A stretch of DNA of 64,000 nucleotides from Massalongia carnosa (taxonomy: Eukaryota): assembly GCA_965645245.1 (NCBI GenBank), contig OZ287079.1:1-64000 (forward strand), written 5' to 3'. Under the pieces are notes generated by a model that saw nothing but the letters and a program-made list of their open reading frames with translations, searched no databases and was not told the DNA's origin. The translations under genes and the position numbers were made by a program. Positions 12,201-24,547 of the stretch are shown here, one piece after another. Every line of letters starts with the position of its first letter. Position 1 is the stretch's first letter.

Positions 12201-15200
12201 TCAAGGCACGGAACACGGAGCTGCCCTATGAATCGTGTCTCAAGCGACCCGACAACGCTGTTGAAACCATGCAAGATGTTGCCTGTGCCCTGATCGCTCG
12301 AGGCTATCCAGTCAATCTCAAGGCAGTAAATTCACCCTTTGGGGTTGAAGGTCAGCTGGTCACCGATCTTCCGTCATATCCTTGGAATCATACAAAGCGT
12401 TTCTGGGTTGAACCTAGGATCAGCAGAGACCAGAGATACAAGAAATTCCCACCTCATGAGCTGCTTGGAACGCCCATCAATGGAGGCAATGCTCTAATAC
12501 CAACTTGGCGGAACTTCATTCGCCAATCCGAAATCGAGTGGTTGAAAGACCACCAGATCGATGGCTCAGTGGTGTTTCCGGGCGCTGGATACATTGCTTC
12601 GGCCATCGAGGCTGTGCGTCTTCTCACGGATCCTTCGGAAGCGACGATTCAAGGCTACAAGCTGCGGGATATTGATATCATGAACGCGATGGTCATTCCG
12701 GATTCCGTTTTTGGGCTGGAAACTCAGCTTAGTCTCCAGAGCTGTAATGATAAGCACCTAGATCACGACGGCTGGTACGAGTTCAAGCTTTGCTCTTTGA
12801 CGTCTGGTGGCTCTTGGATAAAGCACTGCGAAGGATTCGTCACTGCCGATACGGACGACAGGTCTAAGGCTAGGACTGCTGAATTGACTCACAAAGTGGA
12901 AACGCCTCGGGATGACACATACCTTCAGCAGGGTCTAGGAAGTGCAGAAGACACCTCCGCGACCAAAGTTGACATCGAGGCTCTGTTTTCAGGGCTCCGT
13001 GACAGAGGAATCTACCACGGACCCGAGTTCCAGAATCTGATCGACAGCCGCACCGCTGGACAGCGGGCAATCACCAACTTCGCTATAGCAAAGATTGCAT
13101 GCACGGAGCATGAATATGTGCTGCACCCAACTACACTCGACTCCGTATTGCAAGCTTCCTTCAGTAGTCTGCCCAAAGAAATGGACAAGGACGTCATGGT
13201 TCTGCCTAGGTTTATTCGAAGCTTGACTGTGCCGAAATCCCTTAAGAGACAAGGTGGAGACAAGTTACAGGCTTTCTCCGAATTAGTGAAGGCCGACAAG
13301 CGTGGCTACACATCCAACATTGCCATCGCGGCGGCGACGCCAGAGCCTGAGGATGACAACTCGATTTTCCCCAATTTCTTGCAAATGCATGGCTTTTTCG
13401 GTCAAGCAGTGCCTCGACGCACCGATGATTCGAGCCAGGAGGCTGGAATCTGCTCGAAGAGCTGCTGGGAGCTTGATATCCTCCACAACGTGCCTGCGGA
13501 CTTAAGGGCTTCTCTAGCCATTCCCTTGGCGGAACACGAAGTCGAAACCGAGAGGAAGCTCGTTCGGGTCTCTTACAACTTCATTTGCGAGGCTATGGCA
13601 GAGCTGCGAGGCCAGGATCCCGAAGCTTTTGAATGGCATCACAAGCGCATGTATGATTGGATGAAGGCTGTCGTGCAAGATGGCCACGACGGAAAGCTCG
13701 GAGCTGGAAGCCAGTCGTGGTCAAAAACCAGCAAGGGTCTCAAAACCATGCTCGCAGACGAGCTCAACGCCCAGAATGCAGCTGGTCGACTCACTGTCCG
13801 TGTAGGACGGAACCTTGCGGCCATCATCCGTGGCGAAATTACCTCTCTTGAGTTGATGATGGAAGGAAACCTGCTCAATCAGTTCTACATGGACCACGAA
13901 GCCCTCAAGACCCGTTCCTACAAACATCTTTCTACCATTGCAGAGCTCTATGCTATCAAGAACCCAGGCGCCAATGTCCTCGAGATAGGTGCTGGCACCG
14001 GTGGTGCAACAACCACAGTCTTGGAGGGTTTCGGCACTAGGGGCGATGGCACTGGATCCATACTTGGACATTACACCTTCACGGACATCTCACCAGGCTT
14101 CTTCGAAGCGGCTAGGTCCAAATTTGCGGCCTGGTCGTCGTTGATAGACTTCAAGAAGCTAGACATCGAGGTCAACCCACTCGAGCAAGGCTTCACCAAC
14201 GGCACCTACGACTTGATCGTGGCCGCATCGTGTCTCCATGCCACTAAGAACCTCAACACCACTATGTCGCATGTCCGGCAGCTACTCAAGCCGGGTGGAA
14301 CACTCTTGCTCATCGAAGCCACAGCAGACCGCCTGGAAGGCCAAGTGATCTTCGGCACTCTGCCCGGATGGTGGCTTGGAGAGGAACCCGAAAGACAAAT
14401 GAGTCCGAACGCATCTCTCGAGATGTGGAAGCGGGTTCTGAGTGAGGTGGGCTTCACTGGTGTGGACTTTGACGTGCCCGATTTCCAGTCTGCACGCGTC
14501 ATGCTTTCCAGGGCAACGACCACCGTCCAGTGTCCTTTCTCGATTGTGGTGTCGCCAAGCCAACAGCCCTCTGGAGGGCGGACAGTATGGTTGCGTGAAA
14601 TGTCGGATGCCATCGCGTCGTTGACCGGCAAATCTCCGTCGACGGTGTCACTCGAGGACGTGGAGGCGTGGCATGACACAGTCTGCATCTTCACGGCCGA
14701 GATGGAAGCACCTTTTGTAGATGGCATGGATGAAACCGCCTTCGATCAACTCAAGAAACTTCTTATCCAAAGCTCCGGCCTAGTCTGGCTTAGCTGCGGT
14801 GGCCTCGTCGATGCAATAGAGCCTTCCTTTGGCGCGACTGATAGTCTGATACGAACCATGAGACAGGAAGATGCAGGCAAGCGATGGATCCGACTGGATT
14901 TCGAGAGGGATGCGAGCCCATGGTCCAGCGACAAGATTCAACATGTTGTTCATGTGTTGCAGCAGAGTTTCGATGCCACTCTTAACCCTACAGACGTAGA
15001 GTGGGAGTATGCTGTCAAAGACTCAATGCTTCAGGTGCCTAGGACATATCCGGATAAAATACAAGACGCACTCTCGAAGAACCTTGCAGTCGATCTGCCT
15101 CCAGAGTCACAACCGTTCCATCAGCCGGGACGGCCGCTGATATGGGAGACCCCCAGATCAGGCGCTACAGGAAGTAACCATCCCTTTTCCTTGTTAAAAA

Positions 15201-17600
15201 GCTTTTGTTTATAGGCGGTTGAGAAGTGATAGGAGTGATTCAGGGGTGCGGCCATAAGAGTTTCTTATATAGACGTGCTTCCGAGTCACTCCCAAATCAC
15301 TCCCAAATTACTCCTTAATTACTCTCGGCCTCTTGCAGATTTTTGCATTTTTGTACTGACATTCGTTGCAGTCAACCCATACTTCGTCGACAATGCAGAG
15401 ATCAGCACGACTGATGTCCCCAACGGTATGGTGGAGGTGGAAGCCAAGGCGTTCGGTCTTAACTTCCGCGAGGTCATGGTCGCGTTGGGAGAACTCGATG
15501 AGCCTCTCAAAGGACATGAATGTGCTGGAGTCATCACTGCCCTGGGCCCGGACACCGAAGCAAGCGGACTCAAGGTTGGTGCTCGTGTCTGCGCTCTGGT
15601 CCGAGGTCGTCTTGCTAGCAGAGGTCGAACATGGTGGACTTCGGTGGCGAAGTTGCCCGACGACATGGATGTCTCGTGGGAGCATGCTGCTTCATTCCCG
15701 GCAGCATACGTCACGGCCTACGGCAGTCTGATGCAAATTGCCAGGCTGCAAAAAGGCGAAAGAGTCCTGGTTCATGCCGCATCAGGAGGAACCGGTCAAG
15801 CGGCTGTGATCTTGGCCCAGTCTGTCGGCGCGGAAGTGTATGTGACTTGTAGCACCAAGGCGAAGCGAGACCTCATTGTCCAGACCTACGGCATCAATCC
15901 CGACCACATCTTCTCGAGCAGAGACGCCAGCTTCGCTCCAGCCATCATGGCAGCAACAAATGGGAAGGGTGTTGACGTGGTGCTCAACTCCTTGTCAGGA
16001 CCATTGCTGAACGCTACATGGGACTGTGTGGCCCGGTTTGGTCGCCTTGTTGATATTACCAAGGTCGACATCGAGGCGAACCGTGGTCTGGAGACTGCAC
16101 CTTTCGGTCGCTGCGCCGTTTACACCAGCTTTGACTTGCTGCAGCTCACAGAGTACCGTGGTAGCCTGACACATGAAGCCCTGGTGGAGTGTGTCCGCAT
16201 TGTTCGTGAACGTCACGCTGCTCCCGTTCATCCTATCACCCTATTCTCGATCACTGATATGGCCACGGCAATGCGTCAAATGCAAGGGGGGGCACATATG
16301 GGAAAGTTGGTGCTGGTACCAAATCCTGGCGACAAAGTCAATGTAAGTATCCCTTGGCTTGCCTCCTTTGGTGTGAAGTAGAAATGCTGACCGAGTACTC
16401 TCTCTACAGGTCGTCACACGCCCACCGCCTGTCTCCCTGGACAAAGAGAACGCTACATATTCGGCATCCGGCGGGCTGGGCGGTATTGGTCGCGCGGTCG
16501 CCCAATGGATCATCCGCAAAGGCGCCAAGAACGTTGTGCTTGTTTCTCGCAAAGCCAGCTCCCATCCCGAAGCTGCGAAGCTCATCGCGGAAGCAGAAGC
16601 TGGTGGATGCCGGCTTCTGATACGCGACTGCGATGTCGCAGACGAGAGTAGCCTCCTCCAACTCTTGAAGCAAGTTGCTGAAGCCGGGTTGCCTCCAATC
16701 ACGGGAGCGATCACTGGTGCTATGGTGCTGGACGACACCGTTATGGAGCGCATGACATTCCAGCAATGGTCCAATGGAGTGCGACCCAAGATCAACGGCA
16801 GCCTCAACCTACACAAACACCTTCCCAACCTGTCCTTCTTCATCATGCTGTCCTCTGTCGCCGGTGTAGCAGGCCACATGTCGCAGGCCAACTATGCTGC
16901 AGGTAATACCTTCCAGGACGCTCTCGCTCGCCACCGCACGGCAAATGGCAAGCCAGCCGTCACTATCGACCTGGGCGCTGTACGCTCCGTCGGCTACGTG
17001 GCAGAAAGAGAAGCAAGCGGCGACGAACGCCTCCGTGCGCGTGTCGAAAACGTCGGCTTCGGCTCCGTCGACATCGAAGCCGTGCTCGGAATCATCGAAG
17101 GCGGCATCAGAGACCCGTTGCGAGGTTCCCTCGCGGACAGCCAGGTCATCGTCGGGCCTAACTTCCACGCCTTCGCCACCGAGTCCGCCATGCGGAACGA
17201 CCGTCGCTTTGGCACGCTGAGAATTGCGAGCGAGGTCGGCCTCAACACTACTACAGCGTCCGATAGCAAGTTCGCCACGGCCGCATTTATCCAGGCTTTC
17301 GCGGCGGCGGCTAGCATCGATGCGGCCTCGAATCTGCTCGTGAACGCCCTTGGCGCTAAGCTGTCGGACATCTTCAACATCCCGTTGTCTGACATCGATC
17401 CCGAGCTGCCATTGTCGCGGTACGGCGTTGACTCTCTTGTCGGGGTCGAGCTGCGCAACTGAATTAGCAGTACCGTCAAAGCCAAGGTCTCGGTCTTTGA
17501 GATTCTTCAATCTGCGTCGCTCAATGAATTTGCGCTCTTAGTGGCGGGCAAAAGCGAGTATATGACGCCGAAGGGCGAGCCGAACCAGGCGGGGTCATAG
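9208..17600 (+). pseudogene. Highly reducing iterative type I PKS (KS-AT-DH-cMT-ER-KR-ACP) pseudogene
   Basis: KS DTGCS, EAHMT, NIGHTE; AT SHSSG and YHSHHM; DH HQIDGSVVFP; cMT LEIGAGTGG; ER HAASGGTG; KR GGLGGIG and YAAGN; ACP GVDSL. Lesions: frameshift near 11070, TGA at 11179-11181, TGA at 17460-17462. Confidence 0.92.
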
Positions 17601-18554
17601 GGGACTGATGTACTGTACTTAGAGTAGATACTTTCTTTCTTGCTTAGGTTGATTGTGCGACTCACAGTCATGGGAGAGGCTCCGGTGTACTTTCGTTAAC
17701 ACTAAATACATCGATGCTTGTATGCTTTCAGAAAGCCAGAAGAAAGTTTCTAAATTTCATACCACATAGCTCCCGCTGCATAATTAGTCAGCCCTCTAAC
17801 CTCCTAAGGGCTAAAACTAAATGTTGATGTAAATATTGGACGCGTCTCCCCCATCTCACCGTCTTCAATAATTATACCTCGCTGTCTCCAACTTTTGAAG
17901 TTATTCAACATGTCTTCATATTTCGATGCCACCAAACCCGAAAGCGACGTTGATAGTCAAGACGCCGTCAATCAAGACGTCAATAGTCAACTGACTGTCG
18001 CCCGAGGACTAGCTTCCTCTGCTCCGCTTCCGCTTTCCACCTTGTTGTCTCTTCCTTGCCTCAGTACCTCAGACGTGCGTGGCTCAATGAGCCGGCTAAG
18101 CCCCTCCGGGTTAGCCTATTTTCGCTAAGCCCCTTCGGGTTAGCGTCGCTGCTGACTAACATCAGTGCGATAGCACGTCTGAGCGCAAAACTCAAAATTA
18201 CGGCCAGATCCGCGTAATAAAAATTTTAGCAGTGCAACCATTCCTTTTATGGATTTAATACAATGATTAGGGTCGTATTAGTTTACCAGAGACTGTATTT
18301 TATACCAAAAACGCACCTCTCAAGATGGATGACTCGATAATCATGTGTTATAACTACTGTCAGGCTAAGAAAAGCGATGTGAAAGTCGATTAAGTGATAA
18401 ATTGTTCGCTTTCGCTCAATTTTGAGGTTGATGAACTGATTATTTTCATGTGGCGCGATTACATTGAGTTACAAAGATCATGATGATATGAATAACGACG
18501 GCCAATCAATGGTATTGTATGATTTATCTAGATTGAAGCTATCTGACGAAAGCC

Positions 18555-21266
18555 ATGGCTCTTATCGGGGGCCCCTCCTCGCCACTTACCGACCTACGGA
18601 CAAGTCCCTTGACTCCCGCCGGTGCGCTCAAGCGGCCCCACCCATCGCCGTCAGGCAGTAATGATAGCTCACCCTCTTCCTCCTCCCCTCCTGCCTTACC
18701 TGAAAAAAATGGAGGCGCGAAACGCCACCGCCGGCGCAAATCAGATTACGACAAGCTGGTTGAGGTGCTTAAATTTCTGAGCTCTCTAAATTGGTCGGTA
18801 AAAGATTTTTTATCAACACTTTGTAAGAATCGAGCCCGTCATAGTATGCGAAAGGCGCAAGGCCAGCTCTTCGATTTTGTCTATGTCGATATTGTGCGGC
18901 AAGAAGACTTTTCAAGCCTCATTGGGCCTGGTAGAATATCCACTATCCTTCGCGAGAGAGGATGGGTTTGGGCCGCGGATGTGCTTCGTGAAGAAATCAA
19001 AGCTTTGGCAGATCACGCAGCCTTTGGCCCTTTCCAGCCGCCCTCTGCGACAGTCGAGTTTGGGACCTTGGAGGCTATTAAACTTGCTGCATCTGCCGCC
19101 AAGCAGTTGGCGCCACGATGGCTTGAGCTAATTGATAGTGTTTGTCGCGAGGCTCGCCCGCAGGAACCTCTCGATGTGACGTTGGATTCTCCCAGCGGCC
19201 GGCACACCGTTATATTGGCAATGCTTTGTCACAAATTGCGACCAAATAAGGCGACCAATATTCAGTCCGTCTTAGGCCTTTATATTTATCAAGGTGGGGC
19301 GAGGCGGCGAGTTCTAGATACACTCTGTCATTTTGACCTGACGATGTCATATACTACCCTGCAGCGGCGCATGTTGTCCTTGATTAAGGAGGCCGAACGA
19401 AAGGTTCAGATGCTAGGACAAGGCTCAAACATGATCTTGACATACGATAACTTTGACTTCGCAGAAGGTAAACGAGGAGAGCGCACGGGGGATAATAGAG
19501 ACGTCAGATCAATCACTACCGCTCTAATTTTCCAGGGGCAAGGATTCGATGCCGGCGCTTTGAGGCAGGATATGTGGCGCCCCGCCACGCATCTTTTATC
19601 AGCTGAAAGAATTGCGCGAAAGCTGGAGACTGGTGATCTCGAGATGCAGGTGAGTTCAATACAGGACGAGGTGTATATACCGCGCTCAATCGCTAATGCA
19701 CCGCGTACCTAGATTCGTCTTCATCATCTAGAGTCAGCGATTCGAGCGCTTTATGGCCCAGAGATCGGCGACGTTCAACTTCCTTGGTCGACTGCAATGC
19801 CCGTGCTGAATAAGATGAAAAAATACAAGACCAATTACATTCCTATCAAACCAGTCATGAAGGATGAGAGCACAACATCTAATAATATTCAAATATTGGA
19901 GGATATATTTGTGCGACAGTTCAAGTTCAAGGAGGATGACTCGACGTTTGCGAGCGTCATTCGGCTTATCTATGGTGACCTCAAGACATGGTCGAGAATG
20001 CAATCTGTCAAGGAATTACGTCGTGGGATATCGGAGCAATCTTTCGATCGGTTCGACTGGATTTTACCGAGATTAGGGTTATGGCATCTTCGCTTTAACA
20101 TGCTGCAGCTTATTCATAAAATACATTGGGGAGAGGCCCAGCCGGTTGATCCTTCGACTCTTCAATATGCCGCCGATCGGTGGGGCCGCGCTTGTGTCGT
20201 GCAGCCGAACGATTTCCAGGCCTTAGAGGATCTGATCATTCAGAGCTATCAAGCTAGAATCGTTGGGACGTGGATTAGGTTTTTACGAAAGGATGGATAT
20301 GCTCCGCAGCGAATCGAAGCAACTATTTCGTGGCTCACAGCGCAGACTTGCGGGCAGGATGGCACCTGGATGAATATGTTGGGCAGGATATCTCGCAAAC
20401 TTCACGCGGAATTACCCTCAACGTCAATAGATATGCTTCCTCCAACGCTTGATCAACAATTTCAGAATCATCAGAACTTCTGTGATCACGTTGAATCGTA
20501 TCTAACACTTCGATACGCAATCAAGTATGCGGATATTGGACTACTTCGTCACGCATTGCGCCACGCAACGGTGATCTTTCAGGCAAGCGTAGCTGGCACC
20601 CCGAAATATGCGCAAGCTCTTCTATACACCCTTCATGCGATTGATTCTTCCGCAGCGACCATAAGGCTACAGGAAAGTATTTTAATGAATAGTCTTGTCA
20701 ATTTACGCGGTGACGAAGAGTCGAGTTTTGAGACTGATCGGCTTTTAGAGATACTAAACAATAACCTCAAGACGTTCCAGCACGAGCGATCTTATTTTTC
20801 AAAGTATAGTGACACCTTGCTCGAGAACTGGGCACTCAACGGTCCATATCTTATGAAGCTCAAAGAAATCGTTGAGTTTTACTTTGGAAGAGTCAACTCT
20901 TCAAGGCATCCAGCAAAATCGGCCGCAGAGGATGTGTGGGGCATGGCTACGGCACTAACGCATAAATCACTCTGTAAAAGAAGCTATGATCGATTTTCAA
21001 CTAATCCAACAGCTAATCTTTATGTTGAGGGATTGAAGAAACTTGGAGAAAATGTATTAAAATACAATCAGCAGTATCTTTCCGAAGAAATTTCAAAAGA
21101 AATTTCAACAGACGACCTTGAGGGTAAGTATGAAGCCGAGCCCGATTTTGTCAATGAAACAAAGCAGGTCCCCGACAGCCCTGTCATTTCAATGGCCCGT
21201 CTCGAGATATCCGGCGGTATGTTTTTGATTAAATCATCGATACCACGAGATAGCCTAGTCATGTAA
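18555..21266 (+). CDS. Putative Academ-type (DUF6589-like) transposase
   Basis: Two ORFs joined in frame by GT-AG intron 19650-19712; motifs YDNFDF, GDLKT, LGLWHLRFNML, ETDRLLEILN. Start codon uncertain. Confidence 0.72.
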
Positions 21267-21291
21267 ATCCGCGCCGCGCGGCTTTACAGAG

Positions 21292-23466
21292 TCAGAGGTA
21301 GCGGACGGGGCACTTTCTTTCTTGTCTAGATCGTGTCGGAGGAAGGGCCATGGGTACATTCAGCGACAACGCTTCCATAGGATCTCGAGGCGCTTTTTTG
21401 GTCTTTGATGCCTTCATCGATGATTTAAGAGCATCAACATCGTCAACAACGAGCGCCGCATCGGAGATATTGTGATTAGGCGCAGGATTCTCGCCCGATG
21501 GCTCCGTGCTCTCGCTTTCCTTCGAGACTTTCTTCTTGACCGCATTTCGCTTTTTAAAAACCTTTCTCGACATATACCCTTGTTTGCTCATCCAGTTTTT
21601 CCTCCGTTCCTCAAATTCAATACTGGCGGAGTTGCATGTTAGGCTGGGTAATCGTTTTCTCTTTATGTCGTTGTGTCGTTTCCATTCCTCGAACATGTCT
21701 CCCTCGTCTAATCTCATTGCTTGACCCCGCTTTAAAATTTCTAAAAGCTCGGCGCCGTAGGGCCTAATACCAGTCCATGTGTTACCAATCCATCGCCGCA
21801 TGGTGGGCTCGTCCACAATCTGATCCGCCCAAGTAGTCAAAGAATTCAGTACCTCATCGGGCATTATCAATGATGGGAAGTATCGCATATGTGAATTTGG
21901 GAACTTTTCCTGCGCCTTGGCCTCCCTCCATTCTCGAAGTTTAAGGGTGAACCAAGGCCGCCTAGACGAGTCACGCTCGGCCGTTCTATTTAACATCTCA
22001 TTGGCGGCTGTTGATGTCTGAAAACTTGGATCGCAAATTGAACAGCAAGGTTGCGGCTTAACATAGGCCGACGTTAGATACACTTTATCATTGAAGAAAT
22101 TCAAGCCAATACCTCGAACGCAACCATCTGAAGGCACATTGATTATCTCCCAAAGACCCGGTGGCATATCTCGTCGCCGATCAGCATCCTTTTGATTGAT
22201 GCGGCGTTTACTGGCCTTGGATTCAATCTCGATTCCCGCGTCATATCCGTCCTGTTCGTCCATTTTTGATCCGCTTCTTGGACCCATGCACCAAGAAGGA
22301 TGCAAAAGAGTAAAATGCGCCTGTCCTCGACCGCAACGCAAAGCACGACCTAAACGTTGGTATAGCTTCGCCATTGACGAGGGTAGCAGCCATTGCGTAA
22401 CTCTCATAACGTCTGGATTATCAATACCAAGCCCGTATGCATCCGTTGCGATCAGGATTCGAGGAAATTTACATTGATTCGAGGGCATTTCGAAGCGAGC
22501 CGCAATCCTTTCTTTGTCTTGGGTGGCCATGTCGGAAAAGAAAGGCGCGACCCAACTAGCAGCCTCAATTGGATAGGACAATTGATTTATCCATACTTTC
22601 ATTAGCGCACACGCCTTTTTGATAGATGAAATTGAATCCATGAAGATAATCGTTTTCGGAATATCAAAAGGACTCTCAGCCCGTGTTGGTAAAAGATGTT
22701 GAAATCGATCATGCTGTTCATAGGCCGCTGTAGACTGCTTGTCTGTATGTATATCTCTGAACGATCAAGCGCTGTTTGAATAACAGTACTTTCGTTATCA
22801 AAGCCACAGCGATCTTTAACGCTCTCTAGGGTTCTTGGATCCAGCGTTGCAGACGCACCCGGAAAAGGAATACCATCTGGTAATCGTGTACGAAGCACAC
22901 CGAGATTGAAGTATTCGGGCCGGAAATCTCGCCATTCGGATACAAGATGCATCTCATCAAGAGCTAAAAGACATAAATTCAAGAAGAAACTTGGATGCCT
23001 CAGAACCTCCTGATTAAACAGCTTTGACGTCGCTATCTCTGGGCTAGTAAAAACTATTCATATTAACGAGTAAGTTTTTATATTTATCTCAATCATAATT
23101 TGAATACACACCATGCGTATAATTGTTTTCACGAATTAACTTTAAATTAGAAGTATTATTACTATCACCGTCCAACACGAAAGGCTTGCATCCCTCGATA
23201 ACGCTCAATTTCTTGCACTGTTGAGCTTCTAAGGTCTTGAGAGGCATGATAATTAAAGCGATCTTAAGACAAGAGAACATTAATGGCATAGCTTGAAAGA
23301 TAATACTCTTTCCAAATCCAGTCTTGGCGATAAATATCAGATCCTTTTGATCTTGTGCTAAAGTCATGATAGCGTCAACTTGCTCATTCTTTGGATAAAA
23401 GCCGAATTTACTTAAAATCACGGTCGTCACCTGCTCGCTAGTTATCGACGCTATAGGATCGTCCAT
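21292..23466 (-). pseudogene. RecQ-like superfamily 2 helicase of the transposon, one frameshift near 22703
   Basis: Motifs AKTGFGKS, DEMH, SAT, ATDAYGLGID, QRLGRALR, Cys cluster CCSICD, HRDC-like C-terminus; intron near 23056-23111. Confidence 0.82.
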
Positions 23467-24547
23467 TTCGATGTGTTCGCGAGCGATATTCGACGATTCG
23501 CGAGTTGGATTCTTAGCCCGCAAAACGCACATCAAGCAAGTTCATCACATTCAACGATTTTAGGCTTTCGAAAACAACGCTCGGAGGATCAGATTAATGA
23601 TCAGAAGCGCCGACAATGAAAAACTGGAGCTAGTGACCCGTTGAGTCTGCTGTGGTGGTGTCGAAATTTCGAGTCAAAGTCGAGTCCTCGTCGCGAGATC
23701 GATATTGCGACTCAATTTTGCATCGATATATAATTAAAATATTGATTAATCGATAGAATGTATATCAAAGCATCATTTCTATTATTACATAATTTATGAA
23801 ATGTCGTTGCGCGTTGTTGATTTCGCCGTCAACTTGATTCTTGATGATTTTTGAGGTTAAGCCAAAAATTTGTATGAGCGCGCACCAAAATAAGCCGGAT
23901 CTGACAAAAATACAGAGTTTTGCGCTCAGACGTGCCGCCCGTAGCATGCGTAGTCAGCTAAAGGGCCGCTAACCCGAAGGGGCTTAGCGAAAATAGGCTA
24001 ACCCGGAGGGGCTTAGCCGGCTCATAGAGCCACGCACGTCTGAGGTACTGAGGCAACTTAGTATTGCTATCCGCCTTATCATGACTAAGCATCCGGATTA
24101 TCAGTCACCCGGTCTTCTTGGGTGAGTCATCTCAGGAGCTAGCGCAGTCCTGTATTGCCGCGCTATTACAATTACCTCCCTTCTAGTAATGAGCTCCTGC
24201 GAAATTCATCCCAGGTAGTTCGTGCGTTCAGCCCATCATCGCGTGGTAATTGCAAGCGGTTAATCGTGCCGATGGCTTTAACGTCGATGGCCGCTTGAAT
24301 GCAGGCTAGCAAGAGTTGGGATTTGTAAGAGCTTGGAAGATATTAGGATAACATAACTTGATGCTCTGGCTCAGCCTCATTAAAAACCTCCCACCTCCCT
24401 TCTAGGGAAGGTGCTAGGAAAAGAGCTACTGGCCTGGATGGAATCAAGCATGACGTTACTGCAACACATTGCTGAGCTCCTAGCGCAGCCTCATTAAAAA
24501 CCTCCAACCTTTTTTCGTGGGCAGGTGGTAGGAAAAGAGTGCTGGCC

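Larger units (their letters stand above)
18056..24056. mobile_element. AcademH-like DNA transposon (convergent transposase and RecQ-like helicase), 6001 bp
   Basis: 90-bp TIRs (18056-18145 and 23967-24056, one mismatch) starting TTGCCTCAGTACCTCAGAC; encloses two convergent genes. Confidence 0.8.

Noticed and set aside
16809..17510. Long antisense ORFs over the PKS and NLR repeats
   Set aside because: Shadow frames of GC-rich or repetitive coding sequence with no motifs.
17895..18055. Possible gene start cut by the AcademH-like element
   Set aside because: Too short and low in complexity to assign.
21292..23466. Telomere-linked helicase (TLH) or host Sgs1
   Set aside because: Enclosed by TIRs with a transposase partner and short for either family; treated as transposon cargo.
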